Shown piece after piece: positions 11,212-24,186 of a stretch of DNA of 64,000 nucleotides. The DNA comes from Mizuhopecten yessoensis (taxonomy: Eukaryota). The position numbers were made by a program, and so were the translations under genes. Every line of letters starts with the position of its first letter. Position 1 is the first letter of the stretch. The stretch is taken from positions 775,319 to 839,318 of the forward strand of contig NW_018408787.1 in NCBI RefSeq assembly GCF_002113885.1, in the 5' to 3' direction. The notes beneath the pieces are model-generated. The model saw nothing but the letters and a program-made list of their open reading frames with translations, ran no database searches and was not told the DNA's origin.

Positions 11212-13620
11212 GTTGTTATAATAATTTATGTTCTGGTGAATGTATATTATTATGATAATTTATGCTCTGGTGAATGTATATTGTTATGATAATTTATGTT
11301 CTGGTGAATGTATATTGTTATGGTAATTTATGTTCTGGTGAATGTATATTATTACGATAATGTTCTGGTGAATGTATAATATTATGATAATTTATGCTCT
11401 GGTGAATGTATATTATTATGATAATTTATGTTCTGGTGAATGTATATTGTTATGATAATTTATGTTCTGATGAATGTATACTGTTATGATAATTAATGTT
11501 CTGGTGAATATATATTGTAATGATAATTTATGTTCCGGTGAATGTATATTATTACGATAATGTTCTGGTGAATGCATATTATTATGATAATTTATGTTCT
11601 GGTGAATAGATATTGTTATGCTAATTTATGTTCTGGTGAATATATATTGTAATGATAATTTATGTTCCGGTGAATGTATATTATTACGATAATGTTATGG
11701 TGAATGTATAATATTATGATAATTTATGTTCTGGGCGAATGTAGATTATTATGATAATTTATGTTCTGGGCGAATGTATATTATTATGATAATTTATGCT
11801 CTGGGGAATGTATATTGTTATGATAATTTATGTTCTGATGAATGTATAATATTATGATAATTTATGTTCTGGGCGACGAAGTGATAATTAATGTTCTGGT
11901 GAATATATATTGTTATGATAATTTATGTTCTGATGAATGTATAATATTATGATAATTTATGTTCTGGGCGAATGTAGATTATTATGATAATTTATGTTCT
12001 GGGCGAATGTATATTATTATGATAATTTATGTTATGATAATTTATGTTCTGGTGAATATATATTGTAATGATAATTTATGTTCTGGTGAATAGATATTGT
12101 TATGCTAATTTATGTTCTGGTGAATGTATAATATTATGATAATTTATGTTCTGGGCGCATGTAGATTATTATGATAATTTATGTTCTGATGAATGTATAA
12201 TATTATGATAATTTATGTTCTGATGAATGTATAATATTATGATAATTTATGTTCTGGGCGCATGTAGATTATTATGATAATTTATGTTCTGGGCGACGAA
12301 GTGATAATTAATGTTCTGGTGAATATATATTGTTATGATATTTTATGTTCTGGTGAATATATATTGTTATGATATTTTATGTTCTGGTGAATATATATTG
12401 TTATTCTAATTTATGTTCTGGGGAATATATATTGTTATGCTAATTTATGTTCTGGTGAATATATATTGTTATGATATTTTATGTTCTGGTGAATGTATAT
12501 TGTTATGGTAATTTATGTTCTGGTGAATGTATACTGTTATGATAATTTATGTTCTGGTGCATATATATTGTTATGCTAATTTATGTTCTGGTGAATGTAT
12601 AATGTTATGGTAATTTATGTTCTGGTGAATGTATAATATTGTGATTTTTTATGTTCTGATGAATGTATAATATTATGATAATTTATGCTCTGGTGAATGT
12701 ATCTTGTTATGATAATTTATGTTCTGGTGAATATATATTGTAATGATAATTTATGTTCTGGTGAATATATTCTATTATGATAATTTGTGTTCTGGTGAAT
12801 GTATATTATTACAATAATGTTCTGGTGAATGTATATTATTATGATAATTTATGGTCTGGGCGAATGTAGATTATTATGATAATTTATGTTCTGGGCGACG
12901 AAGTGATAATTAATGTTCTGGTGAATATATATTGTAATGATAATTTATGTTCTGGTGAATAGATATTGTTATGCTAATTTATGTTCTGGTGAATATATAT
13001 TATTATGATAATTTATGTTCTGGGCGAATGTATATTATTATGATAATTTATGCTCTGGTGAATGTATATTATTATGATAATTTATGGTCTGGGCGAATGT
13101 AGATTATTATGATAATTTATGTTCTGGGCGACGAAGTGATAATTAATGTTCTGGTGAATATATATTGTTATGCTAATTTATGTTCTGGTGAATATATATT
13201 GTTATGATATTTTATGTTCTGGTGAATATATATTGTAATGATAATTTATGTTCCGGTGAATGTATATTATTACGATAATGTTATGGTGAATGTATAATAT
13301 TATGATAATTTATGTTCTGGGCGACGAAGTGATAATTAATGTTCTGGTGAATATATATTGTTATGATATTTTATGTTCTGGTGAATATATATTGTTATTC
13401 TAATTTATGTTCTGGGGAATATATATTGTTATGATAATTTATGTTCTGGGGAATATATATTGTTATGATAATTTATGTTCTGGGGAATATATATTGTTTT
13501 GATAATTTATGTTCTGGTGAATGTATATTATTATGATAATTTATGTTCTGGGCGAATGTAGATTATTATGATAATTTATGTTCTGGTGAATGTTTATTAT
13601 TATGATAACTAATGTTCTGT
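11212..13620. repeat. 34-bp minisatellite array (~70 units)
   Basis: Unit ATAATTTATGTTCTGGTGAATGTATATTATTATG with recurrent variants. Confidence 0.95.
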
Positions 13621-14235
13621 TTTATGTATATTATATGATATGATTTACTTTGTTATTGACATTTCCGTAATGAGCAATGAGAGGAACGTATTTTCACAAA
13701 TAAATTCCTTTGGAAAACACTGTTGTAGCATCCTTGAAATTACAACAGACACATTTTACTACCAAAACAGTAATAGGTGTGTTTTGATTTTTCTGAAATA
13801 TAGTTAATTTATATTATGAGTCGACATCATAAGTATTACGCATGGTGTAGATGACGTTGATTATCATATCTACGTAGTTTATATCCATATACATGTAGAT
13901 GGTATATAAAAATATATATCTATGGTTAGAATCATTTATTAGGTAAACCATAAATTGTGACATATTATGAAAATAATACAAGTAAGTGTTGTTGTATCTC
14001 CAGCTCTGTAGAATTGTTGCTATATCAATGTCACGTGAAAGAGATTTTGTATCAGGAAATGAAGCTATAAAATTTAAATATAAAGTGTCAGGTATCTGTT
14101 AGTTGTCCAGGCTACATTCTCTGTGCACTCTCTTACGATTCTGATGCTGTTAACTGGCTTTGGATCGGCGTTTCTCTTACCGTCTTTATTTACACAACCT
14201 TCCTGTATTTGCCAGGTGTTCTGTGAGTAAATTCA

Positions 14236-14283
14236 AGCCACAGCTAAGAACAGAGCTTCAATGTGGCTGCATGCCTCACCTTG
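14236..14283 (-). pseudogene. Possible SWIM zinc-finger fragment of a decayed transposon gene
   Basis: The minus strand translates to QGEACSHIEALFLAV after an AG acceptor-like site, resembling the xGExCSHxAALLF second half of SWIM fingers. The surrounding frame is broken. Confidence 0.3.
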
Positions 14284-16913
14284 ACTTTTAAATAACTCCA
14301 ATGCAGGGAATCGTTTAATACATGACAATGCCATAAGGAGTATGTCTGTTTGGATTTCCAACTCAAACGTTTCTCTAAAGTGTTTTATGTTTCATTACTA
14401 TTTTAATATTTCATCTTTTATTTTGACGTTTTTTTTGTAGCGTATTTCTGAAACACTGCCCGAATAGTTGTTTTACCGTTAACATACCATTAATACATTT
14501 TTTTATTTTCTTATACAGTTCTTATAAACAGCAACAATCGCTTACTGCACCTGTCGTGTTGCTGTTGTTAAATGTCAATTTCGCTATTAGCTTGTAGATT
14601 TATTATGAGGTTTTGCTGTTTAGGTGTCGACGATGACATCCTTCATTTTTTTCCATCGAAACCCCTTATATTTCTACTCAGATTTTTTTATATTATTATC
14701 TTATAATTATCTTTCAGTAAATTGTACAGCGTTTCGACCTATTACTCCGCATGCCAAAATGAAGAGGGACTCATTTTTAAAGTGTTATTTGGATGTGACA
14801 TGAGCTTGTCAATCACAGCTGCCGACATCTTACATGTAGATATCTATATTTGACTCAAAGTGACAACGACGTTCCGAAAGAAAACAGTTGAATTAAAACA
14901 ATGCCGATGTATCATAGGATTCGGAAGCATGGGTATTAAACCCTCTTGTAAAATATTTATAAACAAACATCATCCCAAACTCTTTACTACTAGCTATTGT
15001 TTGATTAAATATGGCGTATAGAATATATTACCCCAGCCACGAGTTAATGAAATGATCTTAAGTGTAAAATTGTCCCAAATTTTGACTTTGCCAATCACAA
15101 ATAACATTATGAAAAGTACAATCATACGTGACAATTAAGACTACTTTATGATCCCGGGTCCAGGAGGATTGATATTAAGAAATGACAAGTTGTTGTAACA
15201 ATGGAGTAACATTTACATACATTTTGTTGAACAAAGTTTGGCTTGATACTCTTCAGTCATTAACTATGACTTGACTAAAAAGGTGGCATGGTGTGGTATT
15301 CGAGTGAAAATATAATAAGCAATGGGAGATTGGTTTAATTCTGAGGTTTTGACGCATGACTACACTTTTCAGGAATGGTGATACATGTAAGTACGGATAA
15401 ACGTCACTATCCTATACTCAAAGTGTTTTGTTCTCACATCATGTGATACTTTTCACATTGTGAAATAACCAACGCAATATTCCATCAAGCTTGATTAAAA
15501 ACATTTTGACCCGCTGTGGGATAGACGTGTTTTTCCATATACATTGTTTACTATCTGACAGCTGTTCGAGGTCACACTATAACACACGTCTAACTCGCGG
15601 TGAAGATTGGCTATATTCACTTACCATGTAAATATCAGCTGACTATGACCGTATCGCCAGTCACGAGACCTTTATACTTTGTAATCAAGTACTATTACCT
15701 GATACCGACAGTACATAACGCATCTCGTATCCTGATATAATTATGTTTATATAGATATAGATTTACTTTAGGACTTTAACACTTGTATGTTATTAGAAGT
15801 TTATTGATGTGCTCTAGGACCTTAACACTTGTTTGATATAAGAAGTACTTTGAAATACCTTGAAACTTTATAAGGTACGTGATATTTTTCTTCAGGTTTT
15901 GAGTTTTAAAATCAATGTATAAGTATATACATTATGTTACACCTTTTAAAATAATAATGATGTGGAATTCTAATTGTTTTTATTTAGGTGTGATTTGATA
16001 AGCTTGGGGTGTATTGTTTTGGATGTTATGTACCTTTTTCTATCTCGCCAGAAATATTAAATTGCCCAACATTTTCTCATACTGGAGATGCATCACATGA
16101 TAAACAAACATGAATTGGGTCAAGTCTGTATGCCGTCTATCACAATGACGTAGTTCGTATAGGAAAGTGTAATTAAAAAATGTTATTGCCGAACACAATA
16201 ACAACTTTCTGTGAATCTGTGCAATTCAATGGCATGGTGCCCTAAAGTAAACTTAGCTGTATAACTTCTGTGATACCTGTAATACAAAAAACGTGTTTAC
16301 ACCGAAGGTAAACATGTGATGAGACAAATATACTGTCGATTAAAACACTTTCACTGAACATGCTAATAGTTTATGTAACATTACTTGTATATTATCAGAT
16401 ATAAATACAGTTAAACGTATTGTTTTTGTAAGGATTAAGACACTTACAGAATAATGCTGACACAAATTTTAAGGACGGGATATATTCTCAGGCAACGGTT
16501 TTATAAAGTTTTGTCTTTCCATATTTAATATGACGAGAATTATATTTTGAAAACTTTCATAACTTCTACCGAAAAGAAGCTATCAGGGGCATATTCTGCA
16601 ACACCCTAACCTGGCTTACTCCTTAAGTATATGACATCTTATCTACTCACAAACATACATATTGTTACCGACCATCAGTAGGTTATACTAGGGTAGATGC
16701 AAGTGGTGTCTAACAAGTGGTGTCTAACTCATTCAGTTCATGACGACAAGAGATGTGCCATCGAGTTGTGCACTGTTGTATGTTCATATACTTGTATAAA
16801 CATTCCTTTCTGTGTATTTTTTGTACGTCATATATCATATTATGACTAATAGAGTAATATTTTGACACTCACATAAGTTCAGAAAGTATGTTTCTGTTGT
16901 GTAGGGGTGAATC

Positions 16914-18122
16914 ATGGTACATGGTGGAGGGGCCTGTTCTGGAGGAGGAGGTGGCTACAGCTCAGGTGTTTTTATGTCCACCAACAATTACTCTCACTTT
17001 GGTAACGGCCGTGGACACAGGAATGAAGATTGCGAAAAGTGCATGGGAGGTATATGTCGTTGTATCGCAGTTTGTGTCTGCTGTGTGGGTCAAGGGTATT
17101 TTAAGACAATATTGATATTCTGGACGTGGCTAGTAGTGTTGTCACTTATCACGGGATTGTCAGTGGGTCTCGGGAGATTCGGTCCTACCGACATCCAAGT
17201 CAGTCCTTCAGACATGATTCAAATGAAAAGAGGGATCGACCCGGTTCTGTGCGAGGGCGTAAACGTCCAAACCACCCTCCCTGTTAGTACATACCTTCTC
17301 CCATCAGCTCCAGTCGTTACGTCAGAGCGTGTGAACTATTCCTTTAACGAAACAGCACTTATCGCCCATGACAGGTACGAGTACTGGGGTTTCTACCTAA
17401 TTGCTGGTTCTGATGTGGACATTATAACCTGTTCACCCTTCTATCGCACCCTTTATATAATCAAAGGGGACGGACAGTTCAATAATTGGAAGAATGACAA
17501 TACAGATTCCGATAATAGTCAGGTGCAACACACAATAGGCGGGTGTTCTTATCCGCAATACCACAACACAAGGATTTCGTACCACATCGGGAGCACGGAA
17601 GAGTATTACTTTGTCGTTGCCAATGATGGGCACAGAACGGTGGATGTCAATATTTTGTTCAATCTTAGGCGTGCTGTGTATGACTTGGGGGGTGATAAGA
17701 ACATCGTTTGCAGCAACTCTACGTCATGTAAGGTAAATTTCGCGGGAACTGGCTCTAATAGTGCCATCGTAGTGTACGTACCACATTCCGAAACATTTGA
17801 CTTTGTTATCAAGACAGATTGTTTATCACGCGTTTCTGTTTTTATTGCAATATTCCTGTTGATTCCTTTTACGGTGGGCAGTCTCTTTACTGCTCACATG
17901 CTGTACAAAAAACGTAAAGAATCGAACACTACCTCTATAGGGTCAGTGCAAAGGAGGGAACAACGGACATTTACATCCTATCCACCCGAATACCAGACAA
18001 TGCAACGCGAGGCGGAACCAAACGGGAAATCGCCACCCCCTCCCTACGGTTGCCATGACGATGGGCTAGCTGTAAAACCTCCCACCTATGAAGAGGCCGT
18101 CGGACGAAGTGGAAGAGTGTAG
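16914..18122 (+). CDS. APD1-4-like two-TM membrane protein with PY-motif tail, paralogue 2 (402 aa)
   Basis: Acceptor TTTCTGTTGTGTAG (AG 16903-16904) lies 9 nt before the ATG; candidate upstream donor AAG|GTACGT at 15875. Features: MVHGGGACSGG start, Cys cluster, TM1, SPSDM..LCEGV, YEYWGFYLIAGS..YIIKGD..EEYYFVV, TM2, and a tail with PPEY, YQTM, PPPPY and PPTY. Confidence 0.9.
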   Translation: MVHGGGACSGGGGGYSSGVFMSTNNYSHFGNGRGHRNEDCEKCMGGICRCIAVCVCCVGQGYFKTILIFWTWLVVLSLITGLSVGLGRFGPTDIQVSPSDMIQMKRGIDPVLCEGVNVQTTLPVSTYLLPSAPVVTSERVNYSFNETALIAHDRYEYWGFYLIAGSDVDIITCSPFYRTLYIIKGDGQFNNWKNDNTDSDNSQVQHTIGGCSYPQYHNTRISYHIGSTEEYYFVVANDGHRTVDVNILFNLRRAVYDLGGDKNIVCSNSTSCKVNFAGTGSNSAIVVYVPHSETFDFVIKTDCLSRVSVFIAIFLLIPFTVGSLFTAHMLYKKRKESNTTSIGSVQRREQRTFTSYPPEYQTMQREAEPNGKSPPPPYGCHDDGLAVKPPTYEEAVGRSGRV

Positions 18123-19046
18123 CATAAGAAATATCTCCTGAGCATCATAAGATGGCGGCGCTGGTAAATGTGACACAGATAGAGTTGGCCCCAGCCCACA
18201 TTGAACAGATATCCGGTAAATGCAGGATATATGTAAAATATTTAACTTTCCAATGCCGCTAACTAAAGTAAATGAATGAGGCTGAGAAAACCCCGTTAAT
18301 ATAATACAGTGTATATCAGAGACGTATAATATGTATTATACGTCTCTGTGTATATTTATTATTCATAAATTGAATTTGGAGTATGATTCGAACATTTTGA
18401 AAGTTTTAGTCTTTGGAAAATAGTCACTTTAAAGACATCCTTATATCACAACTCAACATAAAATGATTACACAAAGTTTGTACAATTGTATATAGCAAAC
18501 ATTATTACTTTGATACTTATGTATATATATATACTACTGTTTTAGTATTGAACATGTCTCTTATGGCATGTGTCTCCTGTTACAGGTACACGTAACTGTT
18601 ACAAGGGGAGAAACAATTTATTGTAATTGAGAAAATTGTTTGTATAATTTTTCACATGAAACACTGAAGACAAAAACGGGAATTTAAGATTTTAATGAAA
18701 AACCGGTAACTAGTGATGAAATACACTATTTATATTGTTGATTGTTGTACCTCTTTTGAATATTGATGTAATAATGTTTAAATCATCAATTCGTATTTAT
18801 TTATTGTTGCTGCGGATCAGCTCGTCACATGAAAGGTGGTATCACAAGTCAGAATCGTGTGAGTGTGAGGATACTTTGTCTGTGCTGGCCTCCAGGCTAT
18901 GTCTGATCTGCTGGCCGTTGTTTGAAGCAACCCTTTTTTCGCATTACATTTACAGCAATTGCTAATCTTATCGTAGCTATTATAATTTGTAATTATCATG
19001 AACATATGTTTATACATGAATGCACTACAACACGTGTATGTAAGGT

Positions 19047-19275
19047 GTTATAAGCTTATTTACAAATTAAAAAAATGAATGATTTTTATGTGATATTTTA
19101 TAAGCTTATTTACAAGTAAAAAAATGAATGTTAATTATGTGATATTTTATAAGCTTATTTACAAGTAAAAAAATGAGTGTTAATTATGTGATATTTTGTA
19201 AGTTTATTTACAAATAAAAAATGAATGGTAATTATGTGATATTTTATAAGCTTATTTATAAATAAAGAATGAATG
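19047..19275. repeat. ~50-bp AT-rich tandem repeat, ~4.5 copies
   Basis: TATAAGCTTATTTACAAGTAAAAAAATGAATGTTAATTATGTGATATTT repeated. Confidence 0.85.
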
Positions 19276-22256
19276 CTGTTTTTGCGTTCCAGTGCCTTGC
19301 TATTATGAAAACATCTAGCAGTAATTGCTGATGCAATACCTCCTCCTAATCATTGCTTTCAATTATGTGTAAACCAAAGCACGTACCATTATCATTCAGC
19401 TGACAAGATATTTGTGTGTTTAAGTCTTATGAATTAGTCTTTAAGCGAAGCAATTCGTCTTCCCCAATCCCTTTGATGACAGATGACCATCAACACGGGT
19501 TCGTTATGAGGCAAATGATAATTGTCTTCGTATTGTGTAATAAGCAAAATCTTTCAAGGGATGGGCTGCATCCGCTATCAACATGTATCGAAACTTTTTA
19601 AGCCATATTTATAGAAATATAATTGTGTAGCATGCCGGTGTCGTACACCCGACAAAGCTGTTCAGCATATATATCAGCGAATCTCTGATACACAGTTTTC
19701 ATTATGATTGAATGTAATATTTTTCCACTTGGGACCTTTGGATGGACAAACATTGCTTCTTCAATGTAGAAATTACAGTCATCATATACTAACTTTTTAC
19801 CGGCGGGAATCCGTTAAGTTATGTATCACTTAATAACCGTGACATTCAAAAAGGACTCACTAAAATCTTTAGCAAACAAACTTGATGATGATTCAAGGGT
19901 GATAACTCTTACATAAATTGTGATAATTTCAATTGATTCGACACATGCGATGTCATGCCGTCATTGTCATTTATATAGATCGTACGTAATACAACACTAA
20001 AAAACGAAAGCACGACTTTAGAGACACATATAAGCACAAGTGCGAACTTTTATACATGTACAATTGTAAATAATCAAAATCACAGTAATCCGAATCAACA
20101 GAACTACAAGAATAAAACACTGGTGCAGCAACATGATTGCTAAGCGCTTTAGGAATGTCTCGTACAATCTTAACTCTTTTTTTTGCAGGCAAAGGCATAG
20201 GAGTATCATGAAAACGATATTTCCAGAAGCCAAAATGGCAAACGAATTTAATAATGATGAATTATTAAAGAATAGTTTAACTTTAATTTTAAAATCACTT
20301 CAATTAAAAAATACCCAATCAAAACTCATTTACAATTTGCAGGATCATTGTCTCTGAGAACAGTGATCTTGACGACTGATCAAGCTCCTGTAAATACTGA
20401 GGATCACCAGTACACCAGATGATCGTACTGCGGATTTATCAAACAGGTTACCCATGTAAAGAATATGACACTGGTGTAATGAGCTCTCTTTTTCAGTGTA
20501 TGACCGTACGGGTAGGTCTATCACATGCTTTATGAAATCATCCATATATTGTAGCTAGAGAACTGACGAGCATCAGCATTTGTTGTAATGTTAGGTCAGC
20601 TGTTTATAAAACCAATTGTTCATGATCACTTATGACAAAAATACACAGTTTCAGCCATCAATATTAATACGATCTCCTCTCTTCTCGTCAAGATCAATAA
20701 CTAGACAGATCCTTCCCGTTTTAAAACAATATTTTCCCGCTATAATGTTTTGAAATATTGGAATCTGTGAACATGAATCAATTCTGCTACGAAACGCAGG
20801 TGATTGCATTAGGGACATAACGTTTAATTACAAAAAACAGAAACCCAAGAAGCATCATAGCGCATCGGGTTGGATGTTGTGACGTGGGCGTGAAACAAAT
20901 ATTGAATTATACACAGGAGAGATTCAGACACATTGGTGTCTTGTTATCAACAATCAATTCAAGATCAACAGGAAATGTATTCCTAAAGCGGTAAAGTAGC
21001 AATAATAATACGTCCCGTAAAACATTACACTACTAGTATATGTAATAAACAAACAATACTATAGTTTGGTCATGATGTCGAGAAAACTGTTAGCTGATTC
21101 AGTGAGGTTTAATTATAAACACTATTATCTGTTTGCTAGATATATTACTCTCGTATAAAGTGTCCATATTCAATGGTATATGTAACCTAAAATGGTCGTT
21201 TCCTCCACTATCTAATCAGGTGTATCACTTGCATCCTGTACCGACCGTCTTTTGTCCACCTGTGACTTTTTCGGACTGTCGTTGTTTATAAACAACGCGG
21301 TAGACTTGTTTTGCTATTTCACTACAATATTTCTGTTATAGCGAGTATAAGTTTCCCCCATATATGTTAATGGTTAAAAGATCGTTACGCTTAAAAGATA
21401 CTGCGTTATATGACTAGGTGTAGTGATACAAATACATGTAGCTTCTTAGTCAAGCGAGACCGACAAAAGCGATGTATGCTATGTACGTTTAGCCTGTCAG
21501 TATCATCGACATTTGTGTCACTATATAGGAGGTTCATTGTTTACGGTTTCTATTGAACACATTCTCAGTATTAAAATGTTAGTTACCAGATCGTAGTTAC
21601 GGTAACGTTGGTATTTCCTTATAACAAAATCGATTTCCAAACGTGTGTACAAGCTAACCAGTCATACAAAACAACTAACCGCCAGTGAATAGCGTCAACA
21701 AAGCGGCCATGTTTACCACCAGATCCGGTGTACTCAGTTTATAAAGTTATATCCAGTGGGGAGGATAAGGCTACACGTCGGTGGAGAAGGATTCACACGT
21801 TATGGTATACACCACCTGAAGTGGACTACGCTTTATTGTGATATAAGTGACAACAATCAACACAGGTATGTAATCCTTATCTGGACATGTGTTACCATTT
21901 GATATACCTGTGAATTGTAGTCATATGCATAAGATGTACACATAGTTCTTTACATACTGTACTGTGAAGCTAAATATAGACTGTCGTCATGCAATGGCCG
22001 AAATATTCTTCCTGAATGAGTACATGCTATAAATAGCATAGCGTTTAACCAGTTTGTACTGAGAAATATATACTGTATATAATGAATTATATACATTGTT
22101 CATAGGAATTGTACACTAAGGTAGGCTGTTTATATACATGGTTCAACTGATATAGGTATGCTGTTTATACTAAAATATATATATGTCTATACTTAGCTAA
22201 ACATTTCATACGTAGGAAATTTTTATATATGAATACCCTAGATAATGAGATATATG

Positions 22257-22422
22257 CAGTGGCGGATCCAGAGGGTTTTTTTGGGCTTCAGGAAAATCCC
22301 CCACCCTGAGAATTTTCTTTAAAAATCATGTATTTTCACCATTTTCCTCAATTTTTCCCTACATGGAAACCCCCCCAGGAAATTTGGAACCCCCCCCAGA
22401 TAGGTCTCTGGATCCGCCACTG
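22257..22422. mobile_element. MITE with CAGTGGCGGATCCAGAG termini (hAT-like), 5-bp flanking duplication
   Basis: Perfect 17-bp TIR CAGTGGCGGATCCAGAG / CTCTGGATCCGCCACTG, with ATATG on both sides. It lies in the probable 5'UTR intron of gene 3. Confidence 0.85.
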
Positions 22423-23004
22423 ATATGTATGTTGTTTTAACCTGAAACATGTATACAAAATGAATGTATTTGAGTCACATCATGCTTTTTTGTTTGTTGC
22501 TTATTCATTACGTATATCATACGCTCTAACGAGGTCCTTATTTGGTAAATGGGATTTTAATACTGGTATATATTTTTGACAAAATCATTAACAACAGAAA
22601 ACATATATGAATACATTGTAAATTATCAATGTTGATTTTGCATGGTTTGGAACGTCTTATCCCATAATGATAAATATTACTTTCGTTATACTGACAAACG
22701 ATTCCATTGTTATGAATATCAAATTTGCCTTGATTCGTGATCGATTTCTAGGATTTATGTTTAGGGATAGGAATATAACTTTTAATTCCTATCGGGGACG
22801 GGGGCCAATAATGTCATTGTTTTTGTTTTGTTTACAATGTCTCCTCAATGCTGTTATATACAGTGTTTTTCATTTTTACCTTTCATAATGCTTATGAAAA
22901 TATCAATCAAACTTACATGTCAACATCAAAAATCAATATATCCTATACTGATTGTTTATGTTTTAACAACTGATACAATGATATATTTCGCTGTCAGGTT
23001 GACC

Positions 23005-24186
23005 ATGGTTCACGGCGGTGGGACCTGTTCTGGTGGTAGTAGTGGAGGATACAGCAGTAATCACACATACGTATCTACTACTCACTTCCGTCACAACGAC
23101 ACGCCAGGCACACCACTAACCTGTGACGACTTTAAGCGATGCTGTCTGTGTCTTGGTCTGTGTTTTGGATGCAGAGGCAAGAATAACTTCCACAGGATAT
23201 TCAGAATTTGGGGATGGATTGCGGTCTTGTCTTTAGTGACAGGTTTGGCTGTCGGATTTGGGAAATATGGTCCTACTGCCATCCCCGCCAGCCCTTCAGA
23301 TATGATCCCTTTGACACACGGGATTCACTCGTCCTTTTGTGAGGGTGTAATAGTTGATACAACATTTCCTGTTAATACGTACCTCCTACCATCACCACCT
23401 ATTGTGTCGACAAGACAGGTGAAACACACCATCAATCAGACGGCAGTAGTTGTCAGGAATAGGTATGAATACTGGGGATTTTACCTGCTTTCTGGCTCCA
23501 AAATAGAAATAGACATTTGTGGGGACAATGACGGGGATTTGTATCTCATCAAAGGTGATTCCAAATTCAGCTCGTGGAAGGAGGATAACTATGACCCCGG
23601 GACATACAAAAAGACTGTACGTACAAAGTTATGTAAATCACCATCCCATTCCAGGACTAGACTAACCTACAGTGTCGCGCTCACTGACGAGTTCTACATA
23701 GTTTTAACCAATCATAACCGCCACCCGTTGAGTGCTAGTATCACATTCAATATAAACCGTGCAGTGTTCGTTTTAGGAGACGGAACAGAAGTTTGCCACA
23801 AGTCCCTGAAGTGTCACGTCGACCTCTCGGGAGATAATGCAGACGGATCTATTGTGGTCTACGTACCAGAATCTGATGATTTTGACTTCGACGTCAAAAC
23901 AGTGTGTTTACGGCGTTCTTCGGTGTTCATTGCTATATTTCTGATCGTACCCTTGGTTATAGGACTTCTAATAACAGGATATCTGGTTTACATAACACGT
24001 AGATCTAACTCACTGATCAGATTCGTTTATAAACGTGAAAATCACCCTCTAACATCTGTCCCGTCTGCTACCCAATATCAGACGCTTGACAATGATACAC
24101 GAACCGAGCCATCTGCTCCATCCTACAGCGACGAAATGGAGGCCCCGCCTTCCTATGATCAGGCAGTAAAGTTACAGCATAGATGA
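23005..24186 (+). CDS. APD1-4-like two-TM membrane protein with PY/PSAP tail, paralogue 3 (393 aa)
   Basis: The track start at 22828 is probably intronic. Acceptor CTGTCAG (AG 22996-22997) precedes ACCATGG at 23005, which gives MVHGGGTCSGG and aligns with paralogue 2; candidate donor CAG|GTATGT at 21866. Features: YEYWGFYLLSGS, two TMs, and a tail with YQTL, PSAPSY and PPSY. Confidence 0.9.
   Translation: MVHGGGTCSGGSSGGYSSNHTYVSTTHFRHNDTPGTPLTCDDFKRCCLCLGLCFGCRGKNNFHRIFRIWGWIAVLSLVTGLAVGFGKYGPTAIPASPSDMIPLTHGIHSSFCEGVIVDTTFPVNTYLLPSPPIVSTRQVKHTINQTAVVVRNRYEYWGFYLLSGSKIEIDICGDNDGDLYLIKGDSKFSSWKEDNYDPGTYKKTVRTKLCKSPSHSRTRLTYSVALTDEFYIVLTNHNRHPLSASITFNINRAVFVLGDGTEVCHKSLKCHVDLSGDNADGSIVVYVPESDDFDFDVKTVCLRRSSVFIAIFLIVPLVIGLLITGYLVYITRRSNSLIRFVYKRENHPLTSVPSATQYQTLDNDTRTEPSAPSYSDEMEAPPSYDQAVKLQHR

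Noticed and set aside
18149-18159. Perfect YY1 consensus AAGATGGCGGC just after the paralogue 2 stop
   Set aside because: A single motif in a 3'UTR with no other promoter evidence.
22828-23004. N-terminal extension of paralogue 3 given by the ORF track (also 1549-1605 and 36453-36482)
   Set aside because: AT-rich intron-like sequence ending in a splice acceptor. The downstream ATG aligns with the paralogue start or begins a signal peptide.
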